This document shows positions 8,890-17,488 of a stretch of 39,395 nt of DNA, piece after piece (within the stretch, counting starts at the first letter, position 1; each line of letters starts with the position of its first letter). Made by a program: the position numbers and the translations under genes. This stretch comes from an uncultured Acetobacteraceae bacterium (GTDB taxonomy: Bacteria > Acidobacteriota > Terriglobia > Terriglobales > Acidobacteriaceae), in contig CAZZVA010000002.1 in assembly GCA_964657345.1 (NCBI GenBank), positions 1 through 39,395 of the forward strand, written 5' to 3'. The notes under the pieces were generated by a model that was not told where the DNA came from, made no database searches, and saw only the letters and a list, made by a program, of their open reading frames with translations.

Positions 8890-10593
8890 ATGTCAGATTC
8901 GACCCTGCCGCTCCCCGGCAGACTTCCCGGAGTAGTCGACGCGACGCCCACCCATCCTGTGCGTGAGACCTACCTCGAGAAGGTTCACTCGTGGGTGGTG
9001 ACGGTCGATCACAAGAAGCTGGGCATCCTGTACATCGTGTACTCACTCATCTTTCTGGTGATTGCCGGGCTCGAGGCCATGGTGATTCGCATCCAGCTGG
9101 CAGTACCGCACAATACGTTTGTGTCGCCCCAGGTGTACAACCGCATGTTCACCATGCACGGCACCACCATGGTGTTCTTCGTCGGTATGCCGATCCTCAC
9201 CGGATTTGCGAATTACCTGATCCCGCTCATGATCGGTGCGCGGGATATGGCGTTCCCTCGATTGAACGCCTTCAGCTTCTGGATGACAGCCTTCGGCGGC
9301 ATCCTGTTGTACTACAGCTTCATCGGCGGCGTGGGATTGTCGAACGCCGGCAGCGCCCCGGACGTAGGCTGGTTCGCCTACGCCCCTCTAACCGAACTCG
9401 CCTTCTCGCGCGGTCATAGTACCGACTACTGGGCCATCTCGCTGAGCCTCACTGGTATCGGCAGTATCGGCGCTGCCATCAACATCATCGCGACCGTCGT
9501 GTGCATGCGCTGCAAAGGCATGACCATGTTCCGCCTGCCATTGCTGGCGTGGTTGTATCTGGTACAGGCCGGGCTCATCCTGGTAGCCATCGGACCACTC
9601 ACCGCGGCGCAGATCATGCTGATGGTCGATCGCTATCTCGGCGGCCACTTCTTCGACGCGCAAGGAAGCGGCTCCGCCTATCTGTGGATGCACTTCTTCT
9701 GGATCTTTGGTCATCCCGAGGTCTACGTTTTGGTCCTGCCGGCATTCGCCTTCGCTAACGAGATCATCCCCACCTTTTCCCGCAAGGCCATCTTCGGCTA
9801 TCCAGCCATGGTGGCAGCTTCGGTCGGCATCGGCTTTGTGAGCCTGGGAGTGTGGGCCCACCACATGTTCACTGTCGGCATGACATCTGTGTCGAACGCG
9901 TTCTTCGCGCTTTCGACGATGCTCGTCGGCATTCCAACCGGCATCAAGATTTTCAACTGGATCGCCACCATGTGGGGCGGCAAGCTGCGCTTCGCGACGC
10001 CGATGTTGTTCTGCGTGGGCTTCGTTTTCCAGTTTCTGATCGCAGGTTTGACGGGCATCGCTCTCTCAGTGGCGCCCGTGGACTGGCAGCTCCACAATAC
10101 CTATTTTGTCGTGGCACACTTCCATTACGTTCTCGTCGGTGGCATCCTCTTCACACTCTTTGCGGCCTTGTATTACTGGTTCCCGAAGGCCACCGGCAAA
10201 ATGATGAATGAGCGTCTGGGCAAGTGGCACTTCTGGCTCTTTGTCATCGGCTTCCACCTCACCTTTGACCTGCTGCACGTGCCGGGCATGCTGGGCATGC
10301 CGCGCCATATCTATACCTATGAGCCGGATCGCGGCTGGATGATTTGGAACTATCTCGCGACGGTCGGGGCGTTCATCCAGGCCGCGGCAACGCTGCTTTT
10401 TGTCTACAACATGGCGACTTCCTACTTCTTCGGACCCGACGCCGGGCCCGATCCGTGGGACGCATGGACGCTGGAGTGGGCAACCACTTCGCCGCCGCCA
10501 GCCTACAACTTCGCCGTCGAGCCCATCGTCAGCAGCCGCAGGCCGCTCTGGGATCTGAAGCATCCGGAAGATCCGGACTCGGCATGGGAGTAG
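8890..10593 (+). CDS. ctaD: cytochrome c oxidase subunit I (heme-copper oxidase, A-type)
   Basis: 567 aa and 12-TM type. Hallmark stretches: MFTMHGTTMVFF, WMHFFWIFGHPEVYVL (CuB His and cross-linked Tyr region), WAHHMFTVG, VAHFHYVL. AGGAG lies upstream of the ATG. Confidence 0.97.
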   Translation: MSDSTLPLPGRLPGVVDATPTHPVRETYLEKVHSWVVTVDHKKLGILYIVYSLIFLVIAGLEAMVIRIQLAVPHNTFVSPQVYNRMFTMHGTTMVFFVGMPILTGFANYLIPLMIGARDMAFPRLNAFSFWMTAFGGILLYYSFIGGVGLSNAGSAPDVGWFAYAPLTELAFSRGHSTDYWAISLSLTGIGSIGAAINIIATVVCMRCKGMTMFRLPLLAWLYLVQAGLILVAIGPLTAAQIMLMVDRYLGGHFFDAQGSGSAYLWMHFFWIFGHPEVYVLVLPAFAFANEIIPTFSRKAIFGYPAMVAASVGIGFVSLGVWAHHMFTVGMTSVSNAFFALSTMLVGIPTGIKIFNWIATMWGGKLRFATPMLFCVGFVFQFLIAGLTGIALSVAPVDWQLHNTYFVVAHFHYVLVGGILFTLFAALYYWFPKATGKMMNERLGKWHFWLFVIGFHLTFDLLHVPGMLGMPRHIYTYEPDRGWMIWNYLATVGAFIQAAATLLFVYNMATSYFFGPDAGPDPWDAWTLEWATTSPPPAYNFAVEPIVSSRRPLWDLKHPEDPDSAWE

Positions 10594-10633
10594 CCCTGTT
10601 GAAGACGACCAGAAGCACACGAAAGGAAGCCCG

Positions 10634-11254
10634 ATGAGCGCAGCCGCACCCGTCGTTCCGCATGGCTCCGGTACACACGGCACCGGTCACAACGAAGACT
10701 GGGTCCTGCCCTACAAGGGCAAGGTCGGCATGTACTGTCTGATCTTCGGCGAGTCGACAATCTTTGCAATCTTCGTGGTGGCCTACATCTACTACATCGG
10801 CCGCAGCAAATGGGGACCCACGCCGCAGCATGTCCTCGAACTGCCGATCTTCAGCTCCATCTGCCTGCTCAGCAGCAGCTTGACCATCTGGCTCGCAGAG
10901 CGTGCATTGCACAAACGGCAGATGAGCCAGTTCTCCTTGTGGTGGGGTGGAACGATCCTGTTGGGGCTGGTCTTCATGGTCGGCACAGCGCTCGAATGGA
11001 GAAAGTTGATCTACGTCGACGGGTTGACCGTACACACCAACGTCTTCGGTTCGACATACTACTGCCTCGTGGGTCTGCACGCCTTCCACGTCATCGTAGG
11101 ACTGGCGTTGCTGAGCCTGGTCCTGCTCTTCGGCTTCATGGGCAGGCTGACGCCCAACCATACCGAGCGCGTGGAAGTGCTCTCGCTCTACTGGCATTTT
11201 GTGGATGCGATCTGGGTCGTGGTCTTCACAGTTGTGTATGTCATTGGTCGATAA
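10634..11254 (+). CDS. ctaE: cytochrome c oxidase subunit III (short, 5-TM form)
   Basis: 206 aa, hydrophobic. Subunit III style C-terminus: TYYCLVGLHAFHVIVG...LYWHFVDAIWVVVF. Confidence 0.9.
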   Translation: MSAAAPVVPHGSGTHGTGHNEDWVLPYKGKVGMYCLIFGESTIFAIFVVAYIYYIGRSKWGPTPQHVLELPIFSSICLLSSSLTIWLAERALHKRQMSQFSLWWGGTILLGLVFMVGTALEWRKLIYVDGLTVHTNVFGSTYYCLVGLHAFHVIVGLALLSLVLLFGFMGRLTPNHTERVEVLSLYWHFVDAIWVVVFTVVYVIGR

Positions 11255-11293
11255 ACGGATCGGGATGCGAATGAGAATGGACTGGCGCTAGAT

Positions 11294-12208
11294 ATGGCTT
11301 CCACACACGAATACGTTCAGCCTCACGGCGGTGCTCACAGTCATGGTGAGCCTCATGACCACGGCAATTCCGTTGTCCTGCCCGAGCCCACCGCATGGCC
11401 GGTCATTCTGGCCGTCGGCCTTACCTTCATGGCCGCCAGCCTGGTGACGAATCATCTACTGCTCTATCTCGGACTGGGACTGACGGCTGCCGGAGCCTTT
11501 GGCTGGTTCCGGGATGTGCTTCCGCATGAGCGCCATGAAGTCTTGCCGGTTGCCGTCGAACATATTGAATTCACTTCGACCCGTGTGCGCGTGGCGCGGC
11601 TTGCCTTGCCGACCGCTTCCGATGACGCTCCTTCGCCCGGACACGAGCAAACCCCTCAGCACGCCAGCCCGGTGATCTCTGGCTTGAAAGGTGGAATCGC
11701 AGGGGGCATCGTCATGGTCTTCCCGGCGCTCCTGTACGGGCTTCTGCGCTATCACAGCATCTGGTACACGGTGAACCTTCTGGGCGGAGCCGGTGTTGCA
11801 GCCTTGCAGAATGCGACCCCCGAGCAGATCGCGCAATTCCACTGGGGCGGCCTCGCTGTCGCCACTGTGATCCAGGCAACCACGTGCGTACTGGTAGGAC
11901 TGCTGTACGGTGCTCTTCTGCCGATCATGCCAAAACATCCGATCATCCTCGGCGGCCTTGTCGCACCCGCACTCTGGACTGGCCTGCTTCATTCAACCCT
12001 CGGCATCATCAATCCATTCCTCGATGCCCGTATTGACTGGTGGTGGTTCGCTGCGTCGCAGGTCACTTTCGGACTGGTCGCAGGCTACGTCGTGGCACGT
12101 CAGGGCGGTCTGCGGGATCTGCGTACGCAGCCCTTCGCTGTGCGGCTGGGCATCGAGACGCCCGGTCTCGGTCATATGCGCAGCCACGATGAGGGTGACC
12201 ACCAGTGA
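11294..12208 (+). CDS. uncharacterised polytopic membrane protein (about 7 TM) with His-rich N-terminus, embedded in the oxidase/bc operon
   Basis: 304 aa. The N-terminus reads HEYVQPHGGAHSHGEPHDHG. Two TM helices follow, then a roughly 60-aa polar linker, then about 5 more TM helices. The stop overlaps the next gene's GTG (GTGA at 12205..12208). No family recognised; the N-terminal third is reminiscent in style of small oxidase subunit IV proteins. Confidence 0.6.
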   Translation: MASTHEYVQPHGGAHSHGEPHDHGNSVVLPEPTAWPVILAVGLTFMAASLVTNHLLLYLGLGLTAAGAFGWFRDVLPHERHEVLPVAVEHIEFTSTRVRVARLALPTASDDAPSPGHEQTPQHASPVISGLKGGIAGGIVMVFPALLYGLLRYHSIWYTVNLLGGAGVAALQNATPEQIAQFHWGGLAVATVIQATTCVLVGLLYGALLPIMPKHPIILGGLVAPALWTGLLHSTLGIINPFLDARIDWWWFAASQVTFGLVAGYVVARQGGLRDLRTQPFAVRLGIETPGLGHMRSHDEGDHQ

Positions 12209-13014
12209 TCCAACGGAAAACCATCCACTGGAAGCTGGCGCTTTGCCTCGCTGCGTCTCTCGGAGCAGCCCTGATCACCACGGGATGCGAGTTACCGGGA
12301 AAGCCCAGGCCTGGACCCGAAGTGCCCATCCCATCTGCCGAGCTCAACTTCGACAAGCTCTACTCGCAGAATTGTTCCGGCTGCCATGGTGACCACGGCC
12401 AGCACGGCGCCGCCATCGCACTGAACAATCCCGAGTACCTCGCACTGGTCGACGACGCAACATTGAAAAACGTAACAGCCAATGGCTACAAGGGTGGACT
12501 GATGCCAGGCTTCGGCGCGAAAGCAGGAGGCATGCTGACCGATGCGCAGATCGATGCCCTGGTCCACGGCATGCGCACGGCCTGGGGTAAAGGCAATGTG
12601 CTCGCGGGCCAGAATGCGCCCGCCTATGCCACGTCAGCCAAAGGCAATGTCGCGCATGGCGAACAGGTCTACCAGGCCGCGTGTGCTCGCTGCCACGGCG
12701 CGCCGGGAACAGGCAATCAAAAGGGTTCGATCCTCAATGGTTCCTACCTCGGCTTGATGGACACGCAAAGTCTGCGCACCATCACCATCATCGGGCGGCC
12801 GGAGTACGGCATGCCGAACTGGAAAGGCGATCAGCCGGGACATCCTTTAAGCGACGCAGAAGTGACCGATGTTGTCGCATGGCTGCAGGCACAGACGCCG
12901 GCACTCCCCGGCCAGCCCTATCCATCCCGCATACCGGCTGCGAATGATCCGCTGCCAACCAATCAAAGCCCCTCGCATGAGCCGCTGCCCACACACTCCA
13001 AAGGAGGAAAGTAA
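12205..13014 (+). CDS. lipoprotein diheme c-type cytochrome (c4-like)
   Basis: Lipobox-like signal LAASLGAALITTGC. Two CxxCH motifs (CSGCH and CARCH), each followed by a distal Met segment (GGLMPGF and YGMPNW). GTG start overlaps the upstream stop. Confidence 0.85.
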   Translation: MIQRKTIHWKLALCLAASLGAALITTGCELPGKPRPGPEVPIPSAELNFDKLYSQNCSGCHGDHGQHGAAIALNNPEYLALVDDATLKNVTANGYKGGLMPGFGAKAGGMLTDAQIDALVHGMRTAWGKGNVLAGQNAPAYATSAKGNVAHGEQVYQAACARCHGAPGTGNQKGSILNGSYLGLMDTQSLRTITIIGRPEYGMPNWKGDQPGHPLSDAEVTDVVAWLQAQTPALPGQPYPSRIPAANDPLPTNQSPSHEPLPTHSKGGK

Positions 13015-13670
13015 TGGATCCCGCAACAGAAAAGATTTCCGACCGCGGAGCTGTGAAGAGGAACGAGCAACCGGGCGATACTCCTAAGCAAGTGTCTGCG
13101 CCGACTCCGGCTGATCCTAAAGATCTATCGCGACGATCGATGCTGATGAAGGTCGGCATTGCTTTGAACGCTCTGGTCGCCGTGGCCATCGCGACGCCCA
13201 TCATCCGCTACGTCTTTTTCCCGATCCGCGGCAAGGATGGCTATCTCTCCTGGGTCTCGCTCGGCAGCGTGGAAGCCTTCGAAGAAGGTGAGACAAAGCT
13301 GGTCAACTATCGAAATCCCTTTACCCAGGAGTGGGACGGCGAGACAGGAAACGTAGCCTGTTATGTGCGCCGTGAAAAAGGGAACCAGTTCACGGTGTTT
13401 GCCGTGAACTGTGCCCACCTCAACTGTCCCGTTCGCTGGTTTCCTCAGTCACAATTGTTTATGTGCCCCTGCCATGGCGGCGTCTACTATGCGAACGGCG
13501 ATCGTGCAGCAGGGCCACCCGAGCGCGGACTGTTCACCTATCCCACGCGTGTCAACAATGGCAGCCTGATGATTCAGGCAGGCCAGATGCCGACCCTGGC
13601 GAACCAGCAAGCGAAGCTTGTTAAAGGAATTACTCCATGTCCTGGTACAAACACACCTACGATTGGCTAG
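13014..13670 (+). CDS. qcrA: Rieske [2Fe-2S] subunit of a quinol:cytochrome c oxidoreductase (bc-type complex)
   Basis: N-terminal TM anchor. Rieske boxes CAHLNC and CPCHGG. AAGGAGG lies 7 nt upstream. TAATG stop/start overlap with the cytochrome c gene. Confidence 0.9.
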   Translation: MDPATEKISDRGAVKRNEQPGDTPKQVSAPTPADPKDLSRRSMLMKVGIALNALVAVAIATPIIRYVFFPIRGKDGYLSWVSLGSVEAFEEGETKLVNYRNPFTQEWDGETGNVACYVRREKGNQFTVFAVNCAHLNCPVRWFPQSQLFMCPCHGGVYYANGDRAAGPPERGLFTYPTRVNNGSLMIQAGQMPTLANQQAKLVKGITPCPGTNTPTIG

Positions 13671-15178
13671 AGCGTCGGGTTCAGCTTGAAGGACCCATCC
13701 GCCAAGAGATCGAGCATCCGGTCCCGCGCAATACCGCCAGCTGGTGGTATGTCTTCGGCAGCGCCAGCTTCGTGCTGCTGATGCTGCAGATCGTCACCGG
13801 CGTCCTGCTCGCTATCGTCTACGTGCCGGAAGCAGGCCAGGCATGGAACAGCCTCCAGGTTCTCAATCACGATCTGCCCCTCGGCTGGTTCCTGCGTGCC
13901 ATGCATGGCTGGGGCTCCAACTTCATGGTGGCCGTGGTAGTCATCCACATGGCCCAGGTCTTCCTCTTTGGCGCCTACAAATTTCCGCGCGAGCTCACCT
14001 GGATTCTCGGAGTCTTCCTGCTCCTCATGACCCTCGGCATGGCCTTTACCGGCCAGGTCCTGCGCTTTGACCAGGATGCCTACTGGGGCCTCGGCATCGG
14101 TGCCTCCATCTCCGGACGCATTCCCGTTGTCGGCCGCTACGTCGTCAGCCTGCTGCTTGGCGGACCCATCATAGCGGGCGCTACGTTATCCCGCTTCTTC
14201 ACCCTGCACGTCTTCGTGATTCCCTCGGCGATGCTCGCCTTCGCGGGCCTGCACACCTGGCTGGTACTGAAGCTGGGCATCAACGAATGGCCGACGCCCG
14301 GTCGCATCGTGACCCGCGACACCTACATCCAGGAGTATCACGAGCTCACGCACAAAGATGGCATCGCCTTCTTTCCTTACGCCATCTGGAAGGACCTCGT
14401 TTTCTCCGCAGGCCTGTTGCTTGCAGTCGCCATGTGCGCAGCAATCTTTGGACCCTTCGGTCCCGGCGGTCAGCCCGACCCCACTATCATCCAGACCGTC
14501 CCCAAGCCGGACTACTTCTTTCTCTGGATCTACTCGATCCTGTCCTTCCTTCCCAACTGGATGGAGACACCCGCCATCCTGGTCGCTCCCGTCATCGGCA
14601 TAGGCTTCATGCTCCTTCTGCCGTTCATCGCAGGCGTGGGAGAAAAGAGCTGGTACCGCCGCCCGGTCGCTGTTCTGTCCGTCGTCATCCTCGCCGTCGC
14701 TTTTGCAACGCTCACCCACCTCGGCACTTATGAACCATGGAGCCCGAAGATGGAAGCCTGGAGCGGCTATGCCGTGCCGGTGAAGTACATCCACGGCCGC
14801 ACCCCGCTCGAATTGCAGGGAGCCAACGTGCTGCAGGATAAGCAGTGCCGCAACTGTCACATGCTCGGCGGTGTCGGCGGTGAACGGGGTCCTGCGCTGG
14901 ACGGCGTCGCCAACCGGCTCACCGAAGATCAACTCATCCGCCAGGTCCTGCAGGGCGGCGGCAACATGCCGGCTTACGGAAAAAATCTCTCTCCGCCACA
15001 GGTAACAGCACTGGTTGCTTTTCTTGAGACCCTGCATCCGGACAACGAGCGTCCCGCGGAAGACGCAACGCGCCCACTCGTGCAGGTGAACGACACCCAG
15101 TCCACCATTCCGCAGGAGCGCAGTCCTGCCATGAACAGCGATCGGCCAGCCGCGGTCCCGACTCCCAAGGGCCAGTAG
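13637..15178 (+). CDS. qcrB: cytochrome b (b6-like N-domain + subunit IV-like domain) fused to a C-terminal monoheme cytochrome c
   Basis: Heme b ligand pairs in RAMHGWGSNFMVAVVVIHMAQ and FFTLHVFVIPSAMLAFAGLHTW. A PEW-equivalent region (VPKPDYFFLW). Extra TM helices. The C-terminus carries CRNCH...GGGNMPAYG. The start overlaps the Rieske gene by 34 nt. Confidence 0.9.
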   Translation: MSWYKHTYDWLERRVQLEGPIRQEIEHPVPRNTASWWYVFGSASFVLLMLQIVTGVLLAIVYVPEAGQAWNSLQVLNHDLPLGWFLRAMHGWGSNFMVAVVVIHMAQVFLFGAYKFPRELTWILGVFLLLMTLGMAFTGQVLRFDQDAYWGLGIGASISGRIPVVGRYVVSLLLGGPIIAGATLSRFFTLHVFVIPSAMLAFAGLHTWLVLKLGINEWPTPGRIVTRDTYIQEYHELTHKDGIAFFPYAIWKDLVFSAGLLLAVAMCAAIFGPFGPGGQPDPTIIQTVPKPDYFFLWIYSILSFLPNWMETPAILVAPVIGIGFMLLLPFIAGVGEKSWYRRPVAVLSVVILAVAFATLTHLGTYEPWSPKMEAWSGYAVPVKYIHGRTPLELQGANVLQDKQCRNCHMLGGVGGERGPALDGVANRLTEDQLIRQVLQGGGNMPAYGKNLSPPQVTALVAFLETLHPDNERPAEDATRPLVQVNDTQSTIPQERSPAMNSDRPAAVPTPKGQ

Positions 15179-15181
15179 CTC

Positions 15182-17488
15182 ATGATGGATCCGGGCGACG
15201 CGGTCGTCCGTTCGTGGGCTCTGCTGCCATGGACGACCGCGCTGCTGCTGCTGACTGGCGTGATCTATTTACGCGGCTTCCGCCTCCTGCAGGCCACGCG
15301 GCCCGAGCAGTTTCCCGCTTGGCGCGCTTCACTCTTCTGCGCCGGCCTTGTCTCACTCTGGCTTGCCCTCGCCTCGCCACTCGATGCCATGGGAGGCTTG
15401 CTGCTTACAGCGCACATGGTGCAGCATTTCATGCTGATGTCCGTGGCGCCGCCCCTGCTGCTGCTCGGCTATCCGCTAGTCCCGCTACTGCGAGGACTGC
15501 CCCGACCGCTCGTACGCGACGGCCTCGGTCCCTATTTCAGCATGGGCTGGCTCCACTGGCTGCAAACACTGCTCACAGCTCCGGTCTTCGGCTGGCTGGC
15601 CATGAACGTTGCCTACATCGGCTGGCATGTTCCAGCAGCCTACGAACTAACCCTCCGATCGCAGAGCTGGCACGAAGTAGAGCACGGCTGCTTCTTCCTC
15701 ACCTCGCTCGCCTTCTGGTGGAACGTCGTGCAGCCGTGGCCCAGTCGGCCGCGAACCTCGCGCTGGATGGTGCTCTTCTATCTCGTCTCCGCCGACCTCA
15801 TCAATACCGGCCTGTCTGCCTTCCTGGCCTTCTCCGGCAAGCTCTTCTATCCAACCTACGCAGCCGTGCCGCGTATATCTGGCATGAGTCCCATGACCGA
15901 CCAGGTAGCCGCCGGCGCCTTCATGTGGGTCATCGGCTCGACCGTCTTCCTGGTACCGGCCATCGGCATCACTGTCATGCTGTTGGCCCCGCGAAAATTT
16001 GCTAAGCCTGTCACGCATCTGCACGTGCTTTCGTCCCGACCTGCTGTGAAAACAAAATTCGATCTCCTGCGCATGCGAGTGGCCGGCAAATGGCTGCGCT
16101 CACGCTACGGACGCATGTCGCTGCAGGCCGTCACTCTCGGGATCGCTGCCATGGTCATCGCCCATGGATTCTGGGGACACCAGATGGGATCGATGAACCT
16201 CGCCGGCGTCGTCCCATGGAACTATGCGCGTGCCTTCGGCGTCATCGCCCTCATCCTCTTCGGCAATCTCTTCTGCATGGCATGCCCATTCATGCTGCCC
16301 CGCGAATTAGGACATCGTCTCGGCCTCGCAACGCACGCCTGGCCCCTCTGGCTGAGAAACAAGTGGCTGGCGCTCGGCCTCGTGGTGCTCTTTTTCTGGA
16401 GCTATGAACAGTTCGCACTCTGGGACGCCCCCCTGCGAACAGCATGGCTGCTGATCGGCTACTTCGCCGCTGCCTTTCTGGTCGACACCTTTTTCCGCGG
16501 AGCCAGCTTCTGCAAATACGTATGCCCGATCGGACAATTCAATTTCGTCAGCTCCTTGTTTTCTCCCACGGAACTGACCGTCAAAACTCAGGGTGTATGT
16601 GCATCCTGCGAGACCAGGGATTGCATTCGAGGAAACGAAAAGCAGCGCGGCTGCGAGCTGGAACTCTTCCTCCCGCAAAAAGTCGGTAACCTCGATTGCA
16701 CGCTCTGCATGGATTGCGTCAAGGCATGCCCGCACGACAACATCGCGATCTACCTCTCATCGCCAATGCGCGAAGCAAGCCGAGACCCCCTGCGATCATC
16801 CATCCGGCGCCTCTCCACGCGTCTCGATCTCGCCATGATAATGCTCGTCGTCGCCCTGGCCGGCTTTCTCAATGCAGCTGCCATGATCGAACCAGGCTCC
16901 GCATTGCTCGCAAAACTAGCCACGCACCTGGCGCCATCTTGGCGAATAGCTGCCGGCGCCGCTGGAACGATCCTTGCCGGCTGCATCTTCACCTCACTGT
17001 TCTGGCTCATGGCAAGCGTCATGCGAAGAATGCTCCATCCACACGCAGGAAGCGAAGTGTCGCAACGGCAGCTCTTCAGCCGCTTCGTGCTTACACTCAT
17101 GCCCCTCGGACTCGGCATGTGGGCAGCGCACCTGCTCTTCCACCTTGTCAACACATGGCAGAGTGCGCTGCCGTTGTTGGAGCAATTTCTTGCAGACAGT
17201 GCAGGCAGGTTCGGCATCCACACTGCCGTTCTCATCGAGTGGGCGCACACCGGCAGCATGGCAGCTTCCCAGGGTTCTATCCTGGCAATGCAGTTATTCC
17301 TGCTGGATGCAGGATTGCTCTTGAGTCTCTATGGCGCGTGGCGTGTAGCCCGGGATCTCCAGCCCACCCCGGCCAACGCCGTCCGTACGCTCTCACCCTG
17401 GGCCGTTGGCCTCCTCGCTCTTTATGCCTTCGGCTTCTGGATCCTGCTGCAGCCGATGCAGATGCGTGGCATGATCATGCAGGGATGA
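15182..17488 (+). CDS. fusion protein: caa3-type cytochrome oxidase assembly factor CtaG (N-terminal about 275 aa) + CcoG/FixG/NapH-like membrane polyferredoxin with extra C-terminal TM helices
   Basis: The N-terminal half shows LLTAHMVQHFMLMSVAPPLLLLGYPLVPLLRGLP, WHVPAAYE and HEVEHGCFF, the Bacillus CtaG (COG3336) style. The C-terminal half shows FCMACPF (about 16271), CKYVCPIGQF (about 16510), CASCETRDC...GC (about 16598) and CTLCMDCVKACPHDN (about 16697..16735), the last being a CxxCxxCxxxCP 4Fe-4S motif. No stop codon lies between the halves. Confidence 0.8.
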   Translation: MMDPGDAVVRSWALLPWTTALLLLTGVIYLRGFRLLQATRPEQFPAWRASLFCAGLVSLWLALASPLDAMGGLLLTAHMVQHFMLMSVAPPLLLLGYPLVPLLRGLPRPLVRDGLGPYFSMGWLHWLQTLLTAPVFGWLAMNVAYIGWHVPAAYELTLRSQSWHEVEHGCFFLTSLAFWWNVVQPWPSRPRTSRWMVLFYLVSADLINTGLSAFLAFSGKLFYPTYAAVPRISGMSPMTDQVAAGAFMWVIGSTVFLVPAIGITVMLLAPRKFAKPVTHLHVLSSRPAVKTKFDLLRMRVAGKWLRSRYGRMSLQAVTLGIAAMVIAHGFWGHQMGSMNLAGVVPWNYARAFGVIALILFGNLFCMACPFMLPRELGHRLGLATHAWPLWLRNKWLALGLVVLFFWSYEQFALWDAPLRTAWLLIGYFAAAFLVDTFFRGASFCKYVCPIGQFNFVSSLFSPTELTVKTQGVCASCETRDCIRGNEKQRGCELELFLPQKVGNLDCTLCMDCVKACPHDNIAIYLSSPMREASRDPLRSSIRRLSTRLDLAMIMLVVALAGFLNAAAMIEPGSALLAKLATHLAPSWRIAAGAAGTILAGCIFTSLFWLMASVMRRMLHPHAGSEVSQRQLFSRFVLTLMPLGLGMWAAHLLFHLVNTWQSALPLLEQFLADSAGRFGIHTAVLIEWAHTGSMAASQGSILAMQLFLLDAGLLLSLYGAWRVARDLQPTPANAVRTLSPWAVGLLALYAFGFWILLQPMQMRGMIMQG

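Noticed and set aside
10529-15037. Minus-strand ORFs of 222 aa (10529..11197) and 283 aa (14186..15037), and others opposite the respiratory genes
   Set aside because: They are shadow ORFs opposite genes with definitive heme, copper and Rieske motifs. The translations are Asp/Glu/Gly/Arg-rich with no TM or domain logic.
16696-17484. Long upstream part of ORF 16696..18003, which would make a 435-aa protein
   Set aside because: This stretch is an alternative frame of the CtaG-polyferredoxin gene and translates to Arg/Pro/Ala-rich sequence. A signal peptide starts exactly at ATG 17485, which forms ATGA with the upstream stop. I therefore called only 17485..18003.
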